NCBI GenBank assembly: GCA_900545955.1
Contig: URAU01000012.1
Span: 6,604-70,603, forward strand
From: an uncultured Porphyromonadaceae bacterium
GTDB lineage: Bacteria; Bacteroidota; Bacteroidia; Bacteroidales; Muribaculaceae
Length of the DNA: 64,000 nucleotides
Direction of reading: 5' to 3'
This document shows, one piece after another, positions 56,932 through 64,000 of this stretch (its first letter is position 1; each line of letters opens with the position of its first letter). The notes beneath the pieces were generated by a model. It was not told the DNA's origin and ran no database searches. It worked only from the letters and a program-made list of their open reading frames with translations. The position numbers and the translations under genes are program-made.

Positions 56932-57337
56932 ATCCAACAACAATGTTCTAAAGCACATTTTTAAAACAGCTGGCGGACATTACCGGACAAGGCAAGCGAG
57001 CCTCCGACGCGCAAGCGGGTTGGAAACAAAAACTCTCTACAATAGGTAAAACGCTTACGGTCGTTTTGCAATGCCGGTTAATTGATCGATTCATTCAGTC
57101 TATCAGCATTCAAGAAAATCGTCAGCAATTCATTCAACAGATTTAGCAAACGCAAAAAGAGAAAAAGAGAAAGGTAAGACAATTCATCGCATTTGTTCAA
57201 GAGTTACGTTCAATATCAATCAGATTGTTAGAAAGGTAAGAAAGAAAGTTTAGAAAGTTGTTCATGTAATCACCGCAAAAGGCGTAAGGTCGGGCGAGAG
57301 CCACGGCCGCGCCTCCAGCCGGTGGATTTTCTTTTTT
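56932..57337 (+). ncRNA. Candidate ~400-nt small RNA or long attenuated leader
   Basis: Bounded by the canonical promoter and a GAGA-tetraloop multi-stem hairpin with a T-tract (57268-57337); no ORF of 60 aa or more; repeated motifs. Confidence 0.5.
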
Positions 57338-57446
57338 AAGCCCTTCGACCGACGCACTCCCCTATCTCTCCGGTTCGCTTTGCCTGCCAAATCACTCCGA
57401 CTAAGTAATTTATACATCAATAATATTCATCATAAACCGAACAAGC

Positions 57447-59042
57447 ATGAAGAAACTCTACACCATTCTTCTTTCAGCCGCCGTTGCCCTCGGCGCCTCG
57501 GCCGCCACAGAAACCGTAAGTCTCCAGCTCTCAAACGTCGATGGCCTGAAAACCATCGCCGAGACTGAGACCTCAATCAGCCGCACAACTCTGCGTAATG
57601 CCACCCTTTCTGAAAGTTTTGCAGCCAAAGGCGCAACCACTCAGCGGAAGGCAGCTCCTGCAAAAGCCCCCGAAGCTACCGACTGGACTTCCATCGGCGA
57701 AGGCACATATCTCGAAGATTTTATGACTATCTACAGCGACGTAGACGCGAATCAGATGTGGAAAGTAACGGTTGAGACATCAGCCTCCAATCCCGGATGG
57801 TATCGCTTTCAGCCCTATGCCTCCGGGCCTGTAGCAGAATTACTGGAATCTTCCGACAACACTTATATGTATATTAACGCCACAGACCCCCAGAAAGTTA
57901 TAGCTGAAGAGTTCACAGCTTTCGGAAGCTGGCTCATTTCCCAGATGGTGGCTGAAAACGAATGGGGGGACAACCCTGACAATTACGGTACAATGGCCGA
58001 CAACGTAATCGCATTTCCGGTTGGATCTTTTGCGGTATATACCGGTAGCAACTTTGTCCGGACAACCAAAAATACCGGCTTTAAACTATTTTTACCGGGT
58101 GCAGAGGTTAAGGACTACGCATTCACGGTTTCATCAGTATACTGCTCTGACGAAAACGTAGCATACTGTACTTTGAAATCAGGAGCAGATGTGGCAAGCA
58201 TCAAAGCTGTAGTCGTAGCAGGACATTATACAGTTGACGGCCTTGAAGATTACGTGAATGAAAAAGGTCAGCAATTTGCAGCTACGCTTCCTTCAATTTC
58301 CGTAACTCCTCCTGTCCCCGGCTTGTACACCTTCCTGTTCGTAGCTCTTGATGCGGATGGAAAGGTTGTAGGTAAAGGTCAGGCTTATGCTATCTGGAAC
58401 AGCACTGACGACAGCGATTGGGCTGATTGCGGCACAATCAGCTTCAACGAAGGAATTTATCCCGCAAGCTATAGTGATATCGATGAAGAAACCCTTACCG
58501 GCACTCTTCAGGAAAGCATAAGCACACCCGGCTATTTCCGAATCAAAAATGCTTATTCCACGCATTCTGCTTTAACCCCCATTGAACATACCACACACTC
58601 GCACTACATATACTTTAACGCTACCGACCCCGAATATGTATATATTGAACCGTCGGCTATCGGCGCAGGCACCGAAAACTATGGTCACGGTGTAATTTTC
58701 AGCAGAGGTTGGAAATTCCTCTCTCAGAAAGCTGACGCCATGGCAGCTGGATTTGGAGGTAAATACGATAAAGAAGCTAAAACCATAACCTTCCCCGCAG
58801 ATGAAATGTATCTCGGCGAAGAACAATACAGCAACGGCGCTTTCTACAGAGGCAGCAGCGCAATGACTTTCGATATGTCGGGCTATTCCGCAATCAACAA
58901 TGTACTGTCTGATGCCGACGCCGACGTAAACGCTCCTGTCGAGTTCTTCAACCTTCAGGGTGTACGCGTGGCCAATCCCACCGAGGGTCAGCTCGTAATC
59001 CGCCGTCAGGGTACCAAAGTCGAAAAAGTAGTCCTGAAATAA
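57447..59042 (+). CDS. Secreted protein with two internal repeat domains and a T9SS-like C-terminal tail
   Basis: Signal peptide; repeats DW...PG(W/Y)(Y/F)R...Y(M/I)Y(I/F)NATDP; tail SAINNV...APVEFFNLQGVRVANP..G.LVIRRQG..VEKVVLK. Confidence 0.8.
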   Translation: MKKLYTILLSAAVALGASAATETVSLQLSNVDGLKTIAETETSISRTTLRNATLSESFAAKGATTQRKAAPAKAPEATDWTSIGEGTYLEDFMTIYSDVDANQMWKVTVETSASNPGWYRFQPYASGPVAELLESSDNTYMYINATDPQKVIAEEFTAFGSWLISQMVAENEWGDNPDNYGTMADNVIAFPVGSFAVYTGSNFVRTTKNTGFKLFLPGAEVKDYAFTVSSVYCSDENVAYCTLKSGADVASIKAVVVAGHYTVDGLEDYVNEKGQQFAATLPSISVTPPVPGLYTFLFVALDADGKVVGKGQAYAIWNSTDDSDWADCGTISFNEGIYPASYSDIDEETLTGTLQESISTPGYFRIKNAYSTHSALTPIEHTTHSHYIYFNATDPEYVYIEPSAIGAGTENYGHGVIFSRGWKFLSQKADAMAAGFGGKYDKEAKTITFPADEMYLGEEQYSNGAFYRGSSAMTFDMSGYSAINNVLSDADADVNAPVEFFNLQGVRVANPTEGQLVIRRQGTKVEKVVLK

Positions 59043-59072
59043 TCCTTTTCATCCAATCCATACTCTTACAGC

Positions 59073-59114
59073 AGAGAGCCGCATATCGCACCGCCGGTAT
59101 GCGGCTCTCTTTTT
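59073..59114 (+). terminator. Intrinsic terminator
   Basis: AGAGAGCCGCATA...TATGCGGCTCTCTTTT. Confidence 0.82.
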
Positions 59115-59241
59115 AGCTCGCCGACGCCTACAGATGCCGATTTTTCGATAAGTTGGCGCCTGAGATTTGGAAATGACGCGGGATTTCATTTATCTTTGTG
59201 AAAATTCTAAACTCAGATTCACCCTAAACCAGACACCCCAC

Positions 59242-59850
59242 ATGAAATTCGCCGAAACCTGCAACGAAATATTCGACCGCGCAACCGCCACATACCATAT
59301 CGCCGACCGCGTTGACGCCCCCTACGAAAATCCCTACCCCAAAGGCTCGATCGAGGCCATCCTCTTCGACAAGAACTGGATCGACGTAAACCAGTGGCAT
59401 ATGGAAGATATTATCCGCGACCCGGAAATCAAGCCGGAAGACGCCGTGAAAATCAAGCGCCGCATCGATGCCTCAAACCAGGAACGCACCGACATGGTCG
59501 AGGACATCGACACATGGTTCCGCGAGAAATATAAGGATGTGAAGCCTCTGGAAGGCGCTACCATCAACACCGAAAGCCCCGCATGGGCCATCGACCGCCT
59601 CTCGATCTTAGCTGTGAAAATCTACCACATGCGCGCCGAGGCAGAGCGCGAGGACGCCACCGACGGTCACCGCGAGAAATGCGCCGCCAAGCTGGCCGTG
59701 CTGCTCGAGCAGCGCACCGACCTCACCGACGCCATCGACACACTCCTCGACGACATCGCCGCCGGCCGCAAATACATGAAGGTATACCGCCAGATGAAAA
59801 TGTATAACGACGCCGACACCAATCCGGTGCTCTACGCCGCAAAGAAATAA
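59242..59850 (+). CDS. DUF4254 domain protein
   Basis: WID..QWHMEDIIRDP, KRRIDASNQERTD, NTESPAWAIDRLSIL and YRQMKMYND. Promoter TTTG-21 nt-TATCTTTG at 59166-59198. Confidence 0.88.
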   Translation: MKFAETCNEIFDRATATYHIADRVDAPYENPYPKGSIEAILFDKNWIDVNQWHMEDIIRDPEIKPEDAVKIKRRIDASNQERTDMVEDIDTWFREKYKDVKPLEGATINTESPAWAIDRLSILAVKIYHMRAEAEREDATDGHREKCAAKLAVLLEQRTDLTDAIDTLLDDIAAGRKYMKVYRQMKMYNDADTNPVLYAAKK

Positions 59851-59877
59851 TTCTGGCAGGCACCTTTACGGCGCATA

Positions 59878-60057
59878 AAGTCATTTAAACTTTTCTTCGA
59901 AAAGAATTTGAGACTGTTTTTGAGCGGATTTAACCCGAAATTGAGGGAGCGATGCGGGCATCGTGACCGAGAATGAGGGTAAAATCAGCCAAAAAGAGGC
60001 CAAATTCTTGAAGAATACGTCTTTTGAAGCCATTGTAAGAAAAAGTTTAAACGACTT
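59878..60057. mobile_element. 180-bp palindromic MITE-like element (family B, full length)
   Basis: Terminal inverted repeats AAGTCATTTAAACTTTTCTT / AAGAAAAAGTTTAAACGACTT; internal symmetry (AAGAATTTG/CAAATTCTT); central hairpin GCGATGC-GG-GCATCGT. Confidence 0.75.
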
Positions 60058-60231
60058 CCATTATTCTTTCTGAACTTACCTTACGCGGGGCGGAACAATC
60101 GGTGCCGCCCCGGCGTTATATTATCGATACTCATTCATCGCCGCGGCGCCTCGCGCACCACCTCTCTCCTCCACGTTTCAATCCAAGGGCCGACAACCTG
60201 CCCGACGTTTCCGCTATTTATTCCACGCTCC

Positions 60232-63200
60232 GTGAAGAAGATATTGAAATACCCGTTGCTGATACTCAAATGGACCGTCATATCCGTGGTGGCCCTGATA
60301 GCGCTTACGGTATTTCTCATCTACCTCCCGCCGGTGCAGGATTTCGCCATCCATACGGTCCTCGACAAGATCAATGCCGGAGGCACAACCCACATCGAAG
60401 TGAAGCGCGCACGGCTGAGCTTTCCCCTGCGGCTGAGCGTCGACTCCATGGCGATGCGCACCCCGGGAATGGCCGTCGACGCCGCATCGGCGCGCGGCGA
60501 GATAGCATTCATGCCGCTGCTGGCCGGAAGCGTGGATGTGGAGCGCCTGACGCTCCGGAAGGCCCGTGTGGACATCAGCACACCCGATTCGGCGATGTAC
60601 ATGCGTGCCACCCTCGGGCAGGCATCGCTGCGCGACGCCTCGATTCATCTGCTGAGCAAACAGGTTGACGTCGGACTGCTTTCGGGCCGCAACGGCCGTA
60701 TTCTGCTCGACATGCGTCCGGACACCATTGCAAAGCCTGAAAAAAAATCGGAGCCGACCCCCTGGGCCATCTCCCTGCGGAAGGTGGAACTTCTCGGCGT
60801 ATACTACCGTATGAGCATGGAGGGTACAATCGCATCGCTTCAATGCGCCCTGCCGGCTGCCACCCTCCTCAACGGCCGCGTCGACCTCGGCAAGAGCACC
60901 GTTTCGCTCGATTCACTGACAATCGACCGTCCCGACATCCGCTACATCGCCGCAACGTCCACCGACAAAGTTCCCGAGGCTAAACCGGCCGAAACCGACA
61001 CCGCGGCTTCCACGCCATGGCTCGTGACGGCGCGCGGACTGCGCCTGCGCCAAGGCCATGCCGTCTACGCCACCGAGGGCGCCCGACCCGCCAAAGGTTT
61101 CGACCCTGCCTATATCGAGGCTTCGGAAATCGGCATTGCCATCGACTCGCTTCGGAACCGGGGCAGCGAGATCAGAGTACCCCTGCGTGAACTCGCCGCC
61201 ACGCTCCCGTTGTGCGGGAACCTCCCCCTGAAAGCCACCGGCACATTCGCCATGGATTCTACGGCAATGCACGCCGACGGATTTTCCATCACCACACCTT
61301 CCTCTACCATCGGCCTGAGCGCCATGATGGGCCTGATGGGCGGAAATGCGCCCGTCAGCGCCACCCTCAACGCCTCGATAGCCAACACCGACCTACGCGC
61401 GCTCGCACCGGCTCCCGCCGCCGAAATCGTAGGGATGCTGCCACCATACGCTCCTCTGCTGCTCACAGCCGACATCGACGGCCGGATGAACTCGCTGCGC
61501 GTCAATACCCTCACCGCCGAAATCCCGCGCTACATCTCGCTTTCGGCAAGCGGCGCCATAGCCGACTACGCCGATTTCAACCGCGCCTCGGGCGAACTCA
61601 TAATAAAGGGAAAACTTACCGACGGAAACTATATCAAGCCGCGCCTGCTCGACGCCAAAATGCAGCGACAGGTCAATATCCCCCCGATTGCCCTGGCCGG
61701 ACATGTGAATCTCCGCGGCGGCACCGCCGACGGAACGCTGCGCGCCACCACGGGCGGCGGCGACGTGGTGCTCGACGCCATGTGGAACAACCGCGCCACA
61801 GCCTACGATATCGCTCTCGACCTCGACCGCTTCCCCATCCAGACTATCCTCCCGCTGAGCGGTCTGCGCGACATCGACGCTTCGGCCACACTCTCGGGCC
61901 ACGGACTCGACCCCTTCGCCACCTCCACAGCAGCCGAGGCCGAAATAACGCTCCACAATGCCGTAGTGAAAGGACAGCAACTGAGCGACATAAGCCTTAA
62001 GGCCAGTCTGGCCGACGGCAAAGCCCATGTTGATGCTACCTCCGCCAACCGCCGCGCCGACTTCTCCCTGCTGGCCGACGGCAACATCGCCGGCCAGACC
62101 ATGGACTGGACTTTCGCGACCGACGTGCGCAACATCGACCTGCGCGCCCTCGGGCTCACCGACAGCGTTGCCGACGGCGCGGTAACTCTCGCCGGACGAG
62201 CCTCATTCACTCCGGCGGTGGCATCCACGCGCCGCAAGCCCGGGCACCCCATGCGCCTGCAGGCCGACGTAGACGTCAGCCGTCTGTACTGGCACATGCC
62301 CGGCGACGCCATAAACGCCGACTCGCTGCGCCTGAACTTCGCCACGGCCGACTCAGCGACAACCGCACGCCTCATCAACCACGATCTGACCATCGACTTC
62401 TCGTCGCCCGAACCGCTCGACAGCATAACCAAGCGGCTCGGATGGACCTCTCTGGCTCTCGACCGCGACCTGAAGCGCCGGCGGCTGGCCATCGACACAA
62501 TCCAGCGTGCCATGCCGCGCTTCTCGCTCGATATACGCGCGGGCGCCGACAACATCCTGACCAACTATCTGGTCGGACGCGACATGAGTTTCGCCGACCT
62601 GAGGCTGCACGCCCGCAACGATTCGGCATTTTCGCTCTCAACCGCCATTCTCGGCCTCACCTCGGGAAAAACCGAAATCGACAGTCTCAACGTCGACATG
62701 CTGCAACGCGGCTCCTACCTGCTCTACAGCGCGCGTATGAACAACCGTCCGGGCACGATGGACCAGTTCGCCCACGTGGAGGCCCGCGGCTACATCAATG
62801 CCGACCGTGTTTCCATAAGTCTCTCGCAGCAGAACATAGCCGGCGAGACAGGCTACAGCCTCGGTATGCTCGCCGCCATTCACGACATGACCCACCTGCG
62901 CATCCAGTTCGTGCCATTCCACCCCGTAATCGGCTATAAGGACTGGGACATAAACCGCGACAACTTCATCGACTACGATCTTGCAACCCAGCATATCGAC
63001 GCGAACCTCGACCTGCACAACAATGTAAGCTCGCTGCGACTCTTCACTGAGCACAACCACGCCGATTCGACGGCCAACGACGTCGTGCTCCGTGTGAAAG
63101 ACATCAAGCTGGCCGACTGGCTGGCCATCAACCCATTCGCACCGCCGGTCACCGGCGACCTCTCGGCCGACATGAAGATTTCATGGCTGAAGCCCGACCT

Positions 63201-64000
63201 CAACGGCAGCGGTACCGTAAGCCTCCACAACTTCAACTACGGCAAGCAGAAAGTGGGCGATTTCGACCTGGCCCTCGACCTGACCACCAACGCCGCCGGC
63301 ACGCTGCGCGCCACGACATCGCTGATGGTCGACGGCCACAAGGCCATCACCGCCTCCGGCAACCTCAACGACTCCACAGCCGCCAACCCGTTCCTGCTCG
63401 ACTTCCGTATGATTCATTTCCCGCTGAGTGTAGTCAATCCGTTCCTCCCCGCCGGAACGGCCCGTCTGAGCGGCACCCTCAACGGCGAGCTCGACATAAC
63501 CGGCGAGATGACAGCTCCGGTGCTCAACGGCAACCTAAGCTTCGACAGCACCACAGTCGACGTCGAGATGCTCGGCACTCCCCTGCGCTTCGCCTCCACC
63601 CCGATACCGGTGGAGAACAGCGTGGTGCGCTTCAACGATTTCGCCATCAACGGAGTGAACTCCAAACCGCTCACCATCAACGGAACGGTCGACCTTACCC
63701 ATCTGAGTTCGCCACAACTCGACCTGGCCCTCAAAGCCCGCGACATGCAAATTGTAGGCTCGCAGAAAAAACGCAACTCCCAGGCCTACGGAAAGGCGTT
63801 CATCGACCTCGACGCCCTGGTGCGCGGCAACATGAGCATGCTCAACGTATCGGCCGACCTCAATCTCCTCCCCTCCACCAATGTGACATACGTGATGGCC
63901 GACGCCGCCACCGAGCTCAAGAGCCGTTCAAACCAGGATATGGTGCGCTTTGTGAACTTCGCCGACACCGCCTCGACAGCACCCGCCGATACAATCGCCG
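60232..64000 (+). CDS. tamB: Translocation and assembly module TamB/AsmA-like protein (3'-partial; absent from the ORF track because it has no stop in the window)
   Basis: GTG start VKKILKYPLL..., N-terminal TM then IYLPPVQD; frame 1 appears open to the window end, with beta-strand-rich repeats and YGKAFIDLD near the end. Confidence 0.82.
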   Translation, partial: MKKILKYPLLILKWTVISVVALIALTVFLIYLPPVQDFAIHTVLDKINAGGTTHIEVKRARLSFPLRLSVDSMAMRTPGMAVDAASARGEIAFMPLLAGSVDVERLTLRKARVDISTPDSAMYMRATLGQASLRDASIHLLSKQVDVGLLSGRNGRILLDMRPDTIAKPEKKSEPTPWAISLRKVELLGVYYRMSMEGTIASLQCALPAATLLNGRVDLGKSTVSLDSLTIDRPDIRYIAATSTDKVPEAKPAETDTAASTPWLVTARGLRLRQGHAVYATEGARPAKGFDPAYIEASEIGIAIDSLRNRGSEIRVPLRELAATLPLCGNLPLKATGTFAMDSTAMHADGFSITTPSSTIGLSAMMGLMGGNAPVSATLNASIANTDLRALAPAPAAEIVGMLPPYAPLLLTADIDGRMNSLRVNTLTAEIPRYISLSASGAIADYADFNRASGELIIKGKLTDGNYIKPRLLDAKMQRQVNIPPIALAGHVNLRGGTADGTLRATTGGGDVVLDAMWNNRATAYDIALDLDRFPIQTILPLSGLRDIDASATLSGHGLDPFATSTAAEAEITLHNAVVKGQQLSDISLKASLADGKAHVDATSANRRADFSLLADGNIAGQTMDWTFATDVRNIDLRALGLTDSVADGAVTLAGRASFTPAVASTRRKPGHPMRLQADVDVSRLYWHMPGDAINADSLRLNFATADSATTARLINHDLTIDFSSPEPLDSITKRLGWTSLALDRDLKRRRLAIDTIQRAMPRFSLDIRAGADNILTNYLVGRDMSFADLRLHARNDSAFSLSTAILGLTSGKTEIDSLNVDMLQRGSYLLYSARMNNRPGTMDQFAHVEARGYINADRVSISLSQQNIAGETGYSLGMLAAIHDMTHLRIQFVPFHPVIGYKDWDINRDNFIDYDLATQHIDANLDLHNNVSSLRLFTEHNHADSTANDVVLRVKDIKLADWLAINPFAPPVTGDLSADMKISWLKPDLNGSGTVSLHNFNYGKQKVGDFDLALDLTTNAAGTLRATTSLMVDGHKAITASGNLNDSTAANPFLLDFRMIHFPLSVVNPFLPAGTARLSGTLNGELDITGEMTAPVLNGNLSFDSTTVDVEMLGTPLRFASTPIPVENSVVRFNDFAINGVNSKPLTINGTVDLTHLSSPQLDLALKARDMQIVGSQKKRNSQAYGKAFIDLDALVRGNMSMLNVSADLNLLPSTNVTYVMADAATELKSRSNQDMVRFVNFADTASTAPADTIA

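Noticed and set aside
60102..63968. Many short ORFs on both strands
   Set aside because: All overlap the single long tamB-like frame starting at 60232.

Overview
A Bacteroidales chromosomal segment. The TTTG-N19-21-TAnnTTTG promoters, SusC/SusD pair and short T9SS-like C-terminal tails support this; Muribaculaceae is likely but only inferred. In order, the window holds: the end of a mosaic capsular/exopolysaccharide locus (1-5021); REP-like hairpins; tRNA-Ala(GGC); a secreted GH95 fucosidase facing a kinase-less beta-propeller/AraC sensor; and a DUF1016 nuclease. Next is a ~17.5 kb LacI-controlled ribose-type utilization locus (14476-31928): ribokinase, SusC, SusD, three exported ADP-ribosylglycohydrolase-fold proteins, two exported serine esterases, a GRP/DMT sugar permease and an FN3 lipoprotein. 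Its susC is broken by an exact 7-bp tandem duplication. The rest is mostly housekeeping (gpmA, queE/queD, trmB, mrp, aroQ, ribF, perR-rubrerythrin, slyD, wzx, rsmD, tRNA-Arg(CCT), folA, thyA, partial tamB), plus a small low-GC islet. The most notable items are the putative extracellular ADP-ribose/riboside scavenging locus, a ~400-nt promoter-to-terminator non-coding transcript with repeated motifs (56932-57337), two families of ~180-bp palindromic MITE-like elements sharing one core motif, and a switchable 5' leader at 5350-5520. All assignments come from motif recognition by eye; no database searches were run.
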